A stretch of DNA of 64,000 nt from Rhizophagus irregularis. Taxonomy: Eukaryota. The number at the start of each line of letters is the position of its first letter. The first letter of the stretch is position 1. The notes below the pieces were generated by a model. It saw nothing but the letters and a program-made list of their open reading frames with translations. It was not told the DNA's origin and did no database searches. The position numbers were made by a program, and so were the translations under genes. Where the stretch lies: NCBI RefSeq assembly GCF_026210795.1, contig NC_089429.1, forward strand, positions 3,224,001 to 3,288,000. Reading direction: 5' to 3'. Shown one piece after another: positions 25,141 through 38,863 of this stretch.

Positions 25141-26739
25141 TTGCCAATCTGCCACTCAACGATACAAAATTGATTAGTAGATCTGTCGCAAGTTCTTATA
25201 TGAATGACATTGATTGGCACATTTCAACTTCGATTTTGTCCTACATAAGTCATGCTTAATTAAAGTTGCTGGAGAAACTAGAGGGTTTTGCCAAGTTGAC
25301 GAAATGCCGAAATAGGGAAACTTTACTGAAACTATATGAAAGTCATATTAAAAAGTTAGCAAAACTCTGGAGAAAAGCGAAATCTGACGAAATTTATTAT
25401 AAATGCCGAAATTGCTGAAACCTTACTGAAACTATAATAAAATTATAGTAAAATCTTGGAGAAACTAATCGTAAAAATTTGGAGAGGTTTGGATAGGCAA
25501 TCTTATGCTTAATGTAACCATACTTTACCAATCAATAATGCAAAACGTGAATATGTTATAAAAAAAAAATTTTTTTTCGTTTGCTATAAAATTTAAAGAG
25601 TTTACTTTGGAGGAAGTCACCATTCCAGCTCATATTTTAGGTAACTTTTCACCAATTATTCGCGAATTTTGCAAATTTTACAAAGTTTTTTTGTATTATT
25701 ATATAATATATCACTCAATGTTCATGTCACATGACATATCGATCACTAATTAAAAAATTGTACCGCAAAAATGATCTGCACAAAGTCACAAATGTTTCAA
25801 AGTTTTCTCTTAAGTAAAGCCTTTTCAGACATTAGTAAACTTTTATTCTTCAGGTTCTTACCTACTCGTTTCAACCTTTTATTTAACAAAATAATGCTTA
25901 TTTGAGAAGTTTATATTAGGCTAACTTTTCCTACTTTTTTGACTTCAACATCCAGATGCAAGTTTGTATGAAAACTAAATATTATTTAAAGTACTTAAAT
26001 ACATGTAAATTTTTACAAGGAATCGAAATGCTTAGTGAGTAAAAGGTTAGTTTGATAATAAAATATTTATTAAATCCATGATTTTTGTTTTTTTCTATAG
26101 TTTATCTATATTAACATTGCAAAAATTACATATATAAATTTAATTTTAACAGCATAAAAAGAATATTTGACGTATATTACATACTGTAATCAAATAATAA
26201 ATAAATATTTTTCAAATTTAAAAATCTTTTATATATTAAATAAAATGTAAAAGTCATCATTAATAAAAATTTTTCAATATATATTTAATTTCAATAAAAA
26301 TTGACTTACAAAGACTTTAAAATATTTTGAATTTATGTGCAAAATTTCAGTATATATTATTATGTAGGATGGAGTAAAAATTTACTGTTACACAAATTTT
26401 ATAGTAAAAAAGTCCCTATGCCGATCCGTGATATGACCGGTGTTTGATATGGTATATTCTTGCTTAGATTAACAAAATAATGTTTTAAAAAAAAAATAAA
26501 TAAAATAAAATAATTTTTTTTTTTTTTTGCAATGTTTTAGTTTTACCAGTTTTATAAAACTATACTTAAGTAATGTAACACCTTTTTTTAATGTATTTTT
26601 AGGGCATTTATATTACAACAAAACGTTTTCAAACTTGTGCAAACGCCATTCAGAAGCAATAGTATTTAATATAAAAATGTCCGACAAGATTAATTATAGA
26701 TTGCTGATCATTTTGTATCGCTGAGTGGTGAATTGGCAA
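25141..26739. mobile_element. Non-autonomous TTGCC-ended TTAA element (same end type as the Sola3-like element)
   Basis: ~40-bp TIR TTGCCAATCTGCCACTCAACGATACAAAAT; TTAA at 25137-25140 and 26740-26743. Confidence 0.85.
25261..25505. mobile_element. TAAGGTTGC-family hAT-type MITE
   Basis: TAAAGTTGC...GCAATCTTA; TSD TGCTTAAT; inverted homolog of 10705-10959. Confidence 0.88.
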
Positions 26740-27154
26740 TTAAGTATATTTTAAGTATATAAAAAATACACTTATATTGTACTTTAATTTTAATTTAAGC
26801 ATATTTTAAGAATATTTTAAACATGTAAAAAATACACTTATATTGTACTTAAATTCTAGTTTAAGTATATTTTAAGTATAATTTAAGTACTTGGGCAAAA
26901 ATAAGTACATTAAAAGTATATTTTAAAAGTATTTTAGATACATTTTAGGTATATTATAAGTATATCATGAATTAAAATTGAACTTATTTTAAGTATATTT
27001 TAATAAAATTTTAAGTATATTTTAAATATAAAGACTTTTCATAAGGGTATATTGTTAATATACATGTCATTCAACTCTAATGTATAGTTCAATACATTAT
27101 ACATTATTCAATGCCTATTAATATAACTATATATATATATGAAAAGAAACTATA

Positions 27155-27332
27155 CCGTATTTTATCAAAATTAAGCACCTCATTTTGCAAGAGTTTTGGA
27201 CGAAAAATTTGGGGTGGTGCTTATTTTTGATATTATTTTTATTAGAAATATATATAACATTTGCATAAAAAATTTCGAAAAGTTTATGAGAGTGCTTATT
27301 TTTAAGTGATACTTAATTTTGATAAAATACGG
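27155..27332. mobile_element. CCGTA-ended MITE (Tc2/pogo-like)
   Basis: TIR CCGTATTTTATCAAAATTAAG; TA TSD. Confidence 0.88.
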
Positions 27333-27572
27333 TAAATGTTGTTATATTTTACTTTAAATAGTAAATGGCAGTAAGTAAAATAGTGCGTTGATTATGTATG
27401 CACAGTACATATATTTTTAATTATTTTATTTTAACCACTGTACTATTTAATTTACAGCTGATTGCAAAATTGTAAGACACCTTATGATTTTCAATTTGAA
27501 AATTTGATATTTTGAATTTTTCTAGAATTAGTAAAAAAGCTAATTTAAATACCTATTTTGGTAATAACTTTA

Positions 27573-29151
27573 GAGTATTGCTAAATCTCACCAGTGGTAA
27601 TTCTCATCAGTGGTGATTTTTACCGTTATTAATGTTGGCAGAAATTATGATTTAGCCAGAATTATAAAAAATTTTTTGCAAATTTTTACCAAAAAAAAAA
27701 ATTAAATGCAAGTAGTTTTTTTAAATATTGAACATGTTTTACTTAATAAAAAAACTTAATTTATTTGACTAAAGTAGGGAAAATTATACTTTAAATTTAA
27801 TAAACAGAAAAAAAAAATTTGAAAGTTAATAACATTATGAGAAATGCAATTTTTTCCAAAAGTATTACATTTACACTCATGAAATTTGATACACAACTAA
27901 TTTTGATATTGCTGAACATTTGACCAAAGTAGTGAAATTACACTCTGAAATTAACAAACAAAAAAGAAAAATTCAAAAGTTAGTACTGTTATGAAAAATG
28001 CGATTTTCTCCACAAGTATTAAACTTACACTCATGAAATTTGATATACAACTAGTTTCAAACTCGCTGAACAACTTTCACTTAATAAAGAAAGCTGATTT
28101 CATTTGACTAAAGTGGTGAAATTACGCTCTGATGTTCACAAACAGAAAAAAAAAATTTGAAAGTTAGTACTATTATGAAAAATGCGATTTACTCCACAAG
28201 TATTAAACTTACACTCATGAAATTTGATATACAACTAGTTTCAACCTCGCTGAACAACTTTCATTTAATAAAGAAAGCTGATTTCATTTGACTAAAGTGG
28301 TGAAATTACGTTCTAAAGTTCACAAATGGAAAAATAAAATTCGAAAGTTAGTACCATTATGAAAATGCGATTTTCTCCACAAGTATTAAACTTACACTCA
28401 TGAAACTTGATATACAACTAGTTTCAACCTCGCTGAACAACTTTCACTTAATAAAGAAAGCTGATTTCATTTGACTAAAGTGGTAAAATTACGCTCTGAA
28501 GTTCACAAACAGAAAAAAAATTTGAAAGTTAGTACCGTTATGAAAATGTGATTTTCTCCACAAGTATTAAACTTACACTCATGAAATTTGATATACAACT
28601 AGTTTCGACCTCGCTGAACAACTTTCAATTAATAAAGAAAGCTGATTTCATTTGACTAAAGTGGTAAAATTACGCTCTGAAGTTCACAAACAGAAAAAAA
28701 ATTCGAAAGTTAGTACCATTATGAAAAATGTGATTTTCTCCACAAGTATTAAACTTACACTCATGAAATTTGATATACAACTAGTTTCAACCTCGCTGAA
28801 CAACTTTCACTTAATAAAGAAAGCTGATTTCATTTGACTAAAATGTTGAAATTACGCTTCGAAGTTGGTAAACAAAAACAAATATTTAAATGTGTTTTTT
28901 CTTTCATAAATATTATATCTAATGTTATGAAATTGAAATATACTCCTATGGGTTTAATAGTGTAACAAAAGTAATATTTTTTGTATTAAAAACACATAAA
29001 ATATTAAAAGAAAAGAAAAGCAAAGCAAGCAAAGCAAAACAAATTTCATAAATATGAATATATGATAAATATATGTTATGTTATGTAACATAAGTAATCA
29101 CATAATTATATGACCGGTGAAAATCACCACCGGTAAAAATTTGACAATTCC
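27573..29151. mobile_element. Non-autonomous MULE-like element carrying a ~183-bp tandem array
   Basis: 9-bp TSD ATAACTTTA (27564-27572, 29152-29160); G...C ends; CACCRGTGGT subterminal motifs. Confidence 0.75.
27740..28920 (+). repeat. ~183-bp tandem repeat, ~6 units
   Basis: CACAAGTATTAAACTTACACTCATGAAA at 28011, 28195, 28378, 28559 and 28741. Confidence 0.95.
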
Positions 29152-29371
29152 ATAACTTTAACTCCTTAAAATTAATAAAGATTTTAAAGTAATTTATTTA
29201 TATTGAATCATATGATATATTTCTATTTTTATTTAAGGAGTTGAATAAACAGGTTTTTAACTTGATTTTTTACTGGTTTTTGAAAAATTTAAAATATCAA
29301 ATTTTCAAATTAAAAAATCATAGGATGGTCTACTGATCTTACAATTTTGCAATCAGCTATAAGTATATATA

Positions 29372-29552
29372 TGTTGTGCCTCAGATTGATTCTTGTCTCA
29401 GATTAAAACTACCAATAGGATGTGACGAATTATGTATATACATGTGATGATCTACATAGTAAAATTACCATATATGTAATGCACGTGATCTGGTGTTGAT
29501 CTCACGCAGCGTGAGTTTTAATCTGAGGCAAGAATCAATCTGAGGCACAACA
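29372..29552. mobile_element. TGT...ACA MITE in a TA microsatellite (Ginger- or Plavaka-like ends)
   Basis: 39-bp TIR TGTTGTGCCTCAGATTGATTCTTGTCTCAGATTAAAACT, 1 mismatch. Confidence 0.85.
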
Positions 29553-30289
29553 TATATATATATATTAATAAAATTAATATTTTAAAAAAAAATTATTTCA
29601 GTATACTCTATATTATATGTATCATGTAATACTAGATTACTAATTAGTAATTACTATGGTGCAGAACCTCTATAATAGGAACTTAAAAAATTTTAAATAA
29701 AATTTGATTTTATGGTTGAATTTTAATTTTATAAAAAAAATTAAACTCCATTTATTAAAAAGAATTGATTTATAAAATAAAAAAAGTCTCAATTTTTCAG
29801 ATTATGTAAGCATCACGTGATACATATATTAACCAATCAGAAATTAGGATTTTATAAGTTATATGATATAAAATTTATATAGTAATATATTTATTTATTG
29901 TATTTCATTATAAACTGATGAATCAGGTATACAATGATAAGATTTGTATTTTATTATATGTATTTTTTGACCAAATTAAAAATTAAAGTAATACAGTCAA
30001 CTCCCTCTATAGTCACTCCCGTTATAGTCACATTCTACTATATAGTCACACCAGTTGAATGTTCAAAACACTTTATTATTAAAATCTATCCTATATAGTC
30101 ACAATCTATCTATAGTCACTATCACACCTATCCTCAAAAATCTTATATTAAAAAGAACCGTTTATAATCACAGTTATATAAAGAATATATTAAATAACTT
30201 GGCATCTAATAATCGTACAAAGATGTATCATAACTTGTTAGAATCGTCTCACTGAGACGAATCGAATGGCGGTAGTTTTATCCTTTTCC

Positions 30290-31266
30290 TTTGCTAGTAT
30301 TTACGGCCAGACCACCCATTGCCTCTTGGCAGACTAATCTCGGCTGTGTCCTATCATCTTCAATGGGTAACCATTAAACCGAATACTTAATTCCTCAGGT
30401 AACAGCACCACTATAGAAGACATCCCCCATCGGGCCATTTTAGGCTGATCTGAAGCTAGGTACACACCGCCTACTCATCCTATACCCATTGCATGATACT
30501 GATACTCAATTTATTTTACGACCTTTAGAGAGCATCTACTTTCATGGAGGACTTTCGACAGGTAACATCAACCATCTAGTACCCTTCCATACCACCATTT
30601 TAGGTACTAAGTCTCACTCAAAGCCACTACAGCCCGCGATTACCCAGCACCGATAGTACAGTTGTTTACCCCAAGTGGTATACTTTGTAGTGACCACTCG
30701 AACAGGAAGTAGCAGGCATCTGTCCAGGATCACCCCTTATGGTGGGTATCAACCACCAGGGATCACCAACCAGAACCCAAGGAGTAGGGAATCGAACCCC
30801 ATAACCATGCTACCTGTTCTGTGCACGAACACTTTGGTTGGCCTAAGACCTAACAGAAGGTCAAACTACCACTAAGATATTGCACCCTCAGCTTTACCAT
30901 CTAGGACGACCATCTAGCCATTACTGACCCCAAGTGGTATCGTAGAGTGACCACCCGGACAGGAAGTCCCCCCAAAGTATAGTAGTGACCTCAAGGACAG
31001 GACTGCGCACATACCAATGGCCTCATAGGGAACGTTAGAAGGACACCACGACCCTTAGTTGAAATGTGCGGCCTAACCGTACACACTAATTCACCATGAT
31101 GCAGTCCAACTACACTAATCCCTGTACCTTCACGCTATTGGTTGTAGCGTCTGCAGTAAAATTCTTTTTATTTTCGTGGTCATGGAAATCGAACCTGTGA
31201 TCTCACCATACTCAGGCTTAATGAGGGTCTCAGTGACTAACCACTGAGATAGGGTGACCAACCCTT
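30290..31266 (-). mobile_element. Full-length uninterrupted tRNA-headed SINE-like element (977 bp), type-1 3' end
   Basis: Cloverleaf-like head with GGTTCGATTTCC; second B-box GGTTCGATTCCC near 30790; no T5 run on the sense strand; no conserved ORF; flanked by the 16-bp repeat. Confidence 0.8.
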
Positions 31267-31539
31267 AGTTTTATCCTTTTCCTGTGCAAACAGTCTTATG
31301 ACTTTATCTTTTATTTATATTTTAAATTTCGAAAACATAATCGAACAGTATTACAAAAATAAGAAAATAAACTAATAAAAAATAAAAAGAGTAGCTTCAC
31401 GACTCATACAAGTAAAGAAATCTAAACTAAAATAAAATCAAAGCAAAGAAAAACTAAACTATTACAGAATCGCATACCCCAACTTTACCCGAAGGCCAGT
31501 GTGAGTCAACTATCCAACATCCAAAAATCCAGTTCGTTA

Positions 31540-34500
31540 CCAGAAAGAAATCCTAAGAGGTTGAACTGTTAAGTGGCGCAGAAAATCCAGGTGCGAGATC
31601 CATGATCACCCCGAATTATAGAAGAGGATATCCAAGAAATCCAGGAATCCTGAGAAACTGTCGCCAAAGAAGAGTTGTGTTTTTGTGAAGAAGTAGCAAA
31701 AGAGGAGAAATTTGTATACGGGCCATGTAATTTGGAAGCAGCCGAGATACCCTGCGACTCTTCCCAAGCATGGAAAAGAACGTTCTGACACAACCAAATC
31801 TCACCATAAAGTTCGACTTGGAAGTTATTAAGAAGAGGAGAAATAATCTTATATATGACAGAAAGAGGAAAATGTTGGTGTAAAAATGCCGTTAAATGCG
31901 CAGGTAAAAGTCCTCTAGTAAGCCAAAGACAGGACGGAGAAGGAGAATCATAGTCCCAACAATCTAGAGCAAAAAATCCAATTTGGAAGGTAATATCCAG
32001 AGGTTTCAGAGTTGAGAACGAAGATAAGCAGGAATCTCTAAATTTAATAATTTCAGAACGATGTGTCAAGCACGGATTTAAATCCGGAAGAATATAAGGA
32101 CAAGTCCAAAGATAATTCAAATCTTCAGGAGCTGAGTTGCATTGTGGACAAAGCCAATCGGGAGAATACAAATAAGGTTTGCGTTGTTGAAGAGTAGTTA
32201 AAGTAGGCAACATATCCAAAAGGAGTTTGATACGAAAGATCCAGAATTCAGAACGACCATTCTTATGCGAAGCAAAACCTTTAATTTGTGAAAGGCAAAA
32301 ATATATACCAGCCCAGTCAAAAAGCGAAAGAGAACCAAGAGCAGTAAAGCGTGCCAGTGAACAGAAAGATAAAAGAGCACGAGCGTCTGCTATAGAGCGG
32401 AGAAAATGACGAATATTCATGTCAATAGGCAAAGAGTTAAAAGTTAACAAGCATGGAGCATAACAAAATGCCAAAGGCGAAACAGTAGGTTGTAAAGACG
32501 AATGAGCATCTTTAGCCAGAGAATCCGCTTGTATATTGTAGATGTCATCGCCATGAGCAGGGACTTTAATCAAATCGACTTTAAGATTACGATCCATGAT
32601 AAGTTGTCGAATAAAAAGCCAAAGAAGATGATTAGGTTCTCGAAGCAACTTCGGTGAGAAGGGAGAATCAACTAAACGTGTCCATAATGAAATTAATTGA
32701 CTACAATCAGTATAAATGGAGATTGAAGAGTCATGGGAGAGGGCATTCAATCCTAATAAAACAGCATAAATTTCAGAACGTAGAGCTGAAGGGAAACAAG
32801 AAGGAAGATGCATGGATGAAGATTCAAGGATAAATCCATCATCATCAAGAGCAATCCAAGCAGAAGCCATGGAAGAAGATAAAGAATCTTTGGCAGGACG
32901 GAAAGAACCATCGGTATACAGAGATTGTACAGAAGGCGGCAAGACAACTGCTTCTATCCCATTCTTAACGGGAGGAGAAAGGGTGAAAGAAGCGGTTGAA
33001 GGCGGGTTCGTCAAGTGAACAAGAGCCAAAGAGGTAGCAAAACTCCAGGAAGTAGATAAGGTTATGGGAAGATAAGCCGCAAATACTTTGGCATTTCTGG
33101 TAGGATAACCCATAGTATCCGATAGGATTACATTGAAAAAACACTTTTCGCTATTACAGCGTTGTTTAATGGCAGATTTTCTGGACAATGCGGGAATGTT
33201 AAGAGCACAGCCAGGACAAGGGTTACAGGTTCGTTCATCAGCCGAGGTAGATACAGGAAGCCAATGAGACATAATAGCCGAGTTTTGTTTACCTGAGGTG
33301 ATACATACACGGCCAACAGATAAAGTTTGAGTAGCAGAATCAAGATTAATAGCCCATTGAGGATAAAAATGATAATCTTTAACAGTATGATCTAATAAAC
33401 AAGGAGAAGCTAAAGTAAAAGAAGAATTAATATAATACAAAGACAAAAGTAAAGAAGAAGAAGAAGAAGAAAGTAAGTTATTTTTAATAAAATTAAACCA
33501 AATAGGAATTCGTCCTTTACGACCAATAATACCAAGGTATTGAAGATCAAGCCAATTCATAAGATAGCGTCCACAAGGAGAAACCAATTGAGCAAGCACA
33601 AATAAATTCAAGTTTTTCCAAAGTTTCCAACTTGTTTGAAATATGGAATGTGGTAGAATAGATCGAGGTAGAGACGGATATTGTGATTACGCCTCAGAGG
33701 CCGGAAGGAAAGAGACCACGTGATATTAAGTCGTGAAGAAAACAGAAGGGCATTAAATAAAGTATGTGTCCGTAAAGAAACAATTTGTGACCACGGCTCT
33801 AGGTTGATGATAGTTGGACAGCTTTCCGCGCTTAAAAAGCCTTGAAGATATGAAATAGCATAACTGGCAAACTCTCTAAAATCTGGATGGGTAAAAATTT
33901 TTTGCCAAGAAGCTACATGAGAAGAGAGAAATCAGTAAAAGGCATTTTGAATAGAGAAAGGAAGTTTCAAGAAGAGCAAAGCTAATGGAGTAGTAGCGGC
34001 GAGACCAGCTTTCCTTCTTATGACTGAAAACATGGGTGTAACAATTGATTGAATAGTGTTTTCAGAGAAGAGAGTAGTTTGAAGTCGAAATTTCAATCGC
34101 GGCAGGAGGACAGCATTGTAGAGATAGGCCACATGTTGCGCCAATAGTTTTTTTGGGCTAAGGAGAGCAGCCATATCTTTGACCATAGAGCGCGCTTGTT
34201 TAAGCACAAATTGGGAAAGAGGCAGATAAAGAAAACCAAACTCCTAAAAAACGGAAAGAAGTGTTCAAAGACAAAGAGGAAAGGGAGAGAGCCAAGTTGG
34301 AAACTAAAGGCGAAGGTGAAAGATCAAAAACAATCCTCAAAGAAGGGGAAGAAAACGAAAGAAGAACATATTTAGCTGAATTAGCTTGAACATTATTTAA
34401 AGTATAAAATTCAGCAGTAATAGAGAGGCGATCTTCAATTCCAGCTTTCGAAGAAGCTACAAGTGTAGAATCATCCATGAAAGTTAAATGTGAAATTGGT

Positions 34501-36923
34501 AAAGAATGTTGTTCAAATTCAAGTGGAGAATAATCTAAGAGAGCTGAAGATTTCAAGACAAAAGGATCTCGTTCATCTCGATTTAAAACAGTGAGTAGAG
34601 GGTTCAAATAAATAACCCAAAGTAAAGGCGAAATGATTTCTCCTTGATCGATACCAACACGTATTCAGTAAGCAGCTGTATCGCCATGACAAGTTAAAAT
34701 TTTGTTGTTACGTCATGTAAAAAGATTCAAAATAAATTGCACTAAAAGTGCAGGAATGTGTAATCTAATTAAAGCTAATTTAAGCATATTCAAATCCATA
34801 GAGTCAAAAGCTTTAGAGATATCTTGAGAAACGATCCATAGTTCCTGATCATCAGAAGAATCATGTTTATGCTGATGGATAATCGCATCAAGCATTTTGA
34901 TAGGAACATCAGTGGAACCACCAGGTAAACCCGCAAAGTTGCCTCCTTGCAGAATTTTACCATCAGCAAGGATATTAGAAAGACGATTAGTGACAACCTT
35001 AACTACACATTTTCGAACCGTTTCCAGAAGAGTAATAGGTCGAGTGTTCTTGAGCTGAGCATCAAAGTCATGAGGTTTAGGAATGGGATAAATCACGGCT
35101 TCACGCCAGTCAGCAGGAATATCACCGCGAGAAAGGCAAGTATTGGCAATTAAAAGAGAGAAATCCAAGGCTTTACCGGACAAATATTTAATCATCTCAT
35201 AAGAAATTTTTGAAGGGCCGGAAGCTTTGTTATTAGGCATGGAGGAGATCACAGCAGACCATTCTTGTAGAGAAATAGGTGCCAATACAGGATCATATAA
35301 AGAAGCGGACACACCAGAGAGGGGAGTGTAAGCTTATTGCCACCGAGCAGAAAATAAAGCAGTGGAAGAATGATGGACCAACGGAGGAGAAACAATAGAT
35401 TGAAAATGGGCAATAGCAGCTTGTTTAATGTCCGAAAGATCCGTCAAAAGAGTAGGAGTAGAGTCCAGGACAACCAGGACGTGGTCAAGAACAATCGAAC
35501 GTTTTTCAACTGATAGAGCAGAGTCTATAAAGGTGCCGAGCGAATTCGAAAAGTGTTCATCACGTAATGCGGTATAGTATTCCACAGAGTCTGTGAGATG
35601 TTGGGCGAATTTAGTAGATAAAAAGGCAGAAACTAAATTCTTCTGCGATCGTAAAAATGATTTAAATGCAGATACAGGAGTTGTGGAATAGGTAGGAACT
35701 GAATAATCAGGAAGCAAGGATGCAAAATTCTCAAGATGGGAAGGTAAAGCAGCAGTCATTTGCGCAATTTGAGTAGGCCGATTGGAACGACGAGTAGTAA
35801 GGCGATATAAAAATCGATCTAAAAACTTGTTAATAGCAATAAGTTTAGTTAATTCAGGAGAGTACGAATGTCGATGTGTGTTGGAGACTTTTTGAAAGGG
35901 TAATGTTTCAATTGCAGCACTAAGTATAGCAGCTTTCAAAGCATGCCACATACGATCAAGAGAAAGAGAAGAGAAATCAAGACGAGAGCTATATTGTCTA
36001 TCTAAATAAACTCCAAGAGAATCATCCACTTCAGCAGTAAAATTATTCCATTGTTCAGTTGAAGTGGAAGTATAAGAGAAAATAGTACGCATTTCTTTTT
36101 TTTGTTTAAGTCGAGATTTAGCCAAAATAGCAAAACAAGAACTGAAATCAAAAATAGTTGTAAGAACTTTGTGATCGGTAAAAGGACGATCCAGAAGATT
36201 AGGACAAGCGACCACTTGCGAAAAAAGAGCAGGAGCAGGAAAACCAGGCGAAGACCAGATATAATCCAGTCGGGAAGAACCATTGGCATAATAAAAAGTG
36301 GGATCAGGACCATTAATAGAAGAATGAGCTTGATGGTCGGTAAAAACCCAAGAAGAAAGTAAACGAAGAAGTTTAAAATGATTGGATGAGTAGTGGGAAT
36401 GAGCGACTTCATCAATGTTGAAATCGCCAAGGATAATTACAAAATAATCATTAGTTCAGGCATGATCGAGCCAAGAAAAAAGTTTGGCAATAAGATCATT
36501 ACAAATAGATTGATGAACAGAACCAGAAGGAGGATAATATAAAGAAATAATAGAAATTTTTGTTTGATGAAAAAAAAGGTCTAATTTAAGAAGACGACCG
36601 TTCCAGGAATCAATTGTTTGAACATGTTTATGAAGGGGATTACGTAATAAAATACCAACACCGTCATGAAGACGAGAAGAAGATGAGCAGGCCCAATAGG
36701 ACCTAAAATGATGTTGGAAATGTTCATTTTTGAAAATAAATTTAGCATTTGAAGGGGAAAGGCGGGTATCATTAATAGATAAAGCTCCAAAAGAAGAATG
36801 AAGAAAAAAATTAAGCAAATGTTGCTGTCGAACCGGAGAACATAAACCATTAACATTAATTTGACCAAATTTGATAAGAGGAGAAGGGTGAGGAGAAAAG
36901 TTATGTATTTTGTTGTCCATCAT
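31540..36923 (-). pseudogene. LINE A ORF2 (APE - RT - RNase H - CCHC), broken
   Basis: GQINVNGL, SRLDYIW, TDHK; KASGPSKI, RPITLLE, QDISKAFDS, FMDD; LYTDGS, RSEIYA, YTDC, KVPAH..NIQADSLAK; CPQC. Multiple stops and frameshifts. Confidence 0.92.
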
Positions 36924-37766
36924 TACTACACTATGATAAAAGGGTAAGTAGTAAAGGGAAATAATTGGGAGTTAAGAATTATTGGGAGTTCGCGTTATCG
37001 CAAGCAGCCAAGAATTGTTTTTGTTGAGCCATGCCTTGTTGAACTGTTTTAGTGAGTTCGGTAACTGTAGCAGTAAGAGAGGAAAGGCGATCTTGTGGTG
37101 AAGTGGCAGGACCAAGGATCAAACTCATACGGGGAGGGAGAGGAATATGCGATTGAGCAGTGAAATTGGGGCCATTTGGTGGCGAAGCTGGAGAACTAAA
37201 ATCCATGAGATTGTCACTAAGACGTCTAGGATCAGAGGATTCAGCATTATCCCATCCTTGATTCATAGGCTCTGGTACAGGAACAAGGGGAGTCTGAGGA
37301 TGCGGGATTTTGGAGATAAGAGGAGGAGAAGAAGAATGTTGATCTTCCAACCATTTGACATGATGTTGAAGTTGGGCAAATTCTGTAGTGAGGTGAGTAA
37401 TCTCTTCAAGTATAATAGTGATTTGTTCAGTAATATATTGCCAATCCATCAAAGGCGGAACATCCATTGCAGCAATGTCGTGATCCAAATCCGATTGAGA
37501 AGAACGATGAGGATGACGACGATTATTAGGATGAGAGCGTGAACGTGAAGATCTAGGGCGAGATTTGGATCGGGAAGGAACTCTTCTACCAGCGGTATCA
37601 GCATAAGAGCTGTGTTCTGAATTAGCAGGACGCGCAAAACGATTATGACGTTTAGCGGGGTGGGAAGGAGGTAAGTGTTTGTTGTATAATTCACGCAATT
37701 TATCATTGCTAGACCATGGACGAGAAGGACGTTGCGGAGCACGTGATGAAGCACATTTGTCCGGAT

Positions 37767-38863
37767 TAGAGCTCCGCACGGGTCAGGTCAGGTCGAGTAA
37801 TTTGTCTGATCCAAACCGAAAAATTTTTATCAGGTCGGGTCGGGTCGGGTAACCTGCTCTGACCCGACCTGACCCGTCTGACCTGAAAGTATTCAGGTCA
37901 TTTTTCTATAAAATAATATGAAAAAACGCTGTTTTGGCGATTTTTTTCATAAAAGAAGTGGGGAAAAATGCCGTTTCGGCATTTTTCCATTAAATAATAT
38001 GAAAAAACGCTGCTTTGGCGATTTTTTTTATAAAAGAAGTGAAAAAAATGCCGTTTTGGCATTTTTACATAAAATAATATGAAAAAATGCCGTTTTGGCG
38101 ATTTTTTTCATAAAAGAAGTGAAAAAAAATGCCAAAACGGCATTTTTCCATAAGATAAATGAAAAAATGCCACTTTGGCGATTGTTTCATAAAAGAAGTG
38201 AAAAAAATGCCGCTTTGGCAATTTTTTTCATAAAAGAAGTGGAAAAAAATGCTGTTTGGGCATTTTTCCATTAAATAATATGAAAAAACGCCGTTTTGGC
38301 GATTTTTTTCATAAAAGAAGTGGGAAAAAATGCCGAAATGGCATTTTTCCATAAAATAATATGAAAAAAGCCGCTTTGGCAATTTTTTTCATAAAAGAAG
38401 TGAAAAAAAATGCCAAACCGGCATTTTTCCATAAAATAATATGAAAAAACGCCGTTTTGGCGATTTTTTTTCATAAAAGAAGTGAAAAAAAATGCCGAAA
38501 CAGCATTTTTCCATAAAATAATATGAAAAAACGCCATTTTGGCGATTTTTTTCATAAAAGAAGTGAAAAAAATGCTGAAACGGCATTTTTCCATAAAATA
38601 AAATGAAAAACGCCATTTTGGCGTATTTGTTTATAAAAAACAATGCTGAAACGGCGTTTTTTTCATAAGGTAACATGAAAAAACACCATTTCAGAGTATA
38701 AACATTTTTTTTGAGCTAAAGTATTCGGGTTAACAGGTCAATCGGGTCAGGTCAAACCTGTAACCCGACCTGATACCGGGTCACGAATTTGACAACCTGA
38801 CCTGAATATTTTGGGTCAATCCGACGGGTCACCTGAATTGACTCTTACCCGTGCGGAGCTCTA
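37767..38863. mobile_element. TAGAGCTCC-family non-autonomous hAT element with an internal ~40-bp minisatellite
   Basis: Perfect 17-bp TIR TAGAGCTCCGCACGGGT; TSD GTCCGGAT/GTCCAGAT; tandem repeats at 37905-38690. Confidence 0.92.

Larger units (their letters stand above)
25005..27047. mobile_element. CCC-ended non-autonomous element with long AT-rich TIRs
   Basis: CCTATGAAAAGTTTTTATACTTAAAATATACTTAAAATTTTATTAAAATATA is mirrored at ~26990-27047. Confidence 0.7.
27455..29359. mobile_element. TA-inserting MITE with long TIRs hosting a MULE-like insert
   Basis: CAGCTGATTGCAAAATTGTAAGA is mirrored at ~29337-29359, and the inverted similarity extends ~100 bp. Confidence 0.8.

Noticed and set aside
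30586..30620. Guide-like match between the SINE (TGAGAC...AATGGTGGTA) and the target module; also AAAGG..TAAAA and TGGTGA..TTATAA near-matches to the spacers
   Set aside because: The matches are 10 nt or shorter, gapped, inconsistent in orientation, and the first is largely present in both SINE types. They cannot be separated from chance here.
38065..38676. Three overlapping repetitive ORFs
   Set aside because: Products of the minisatellite inside the hAT element.
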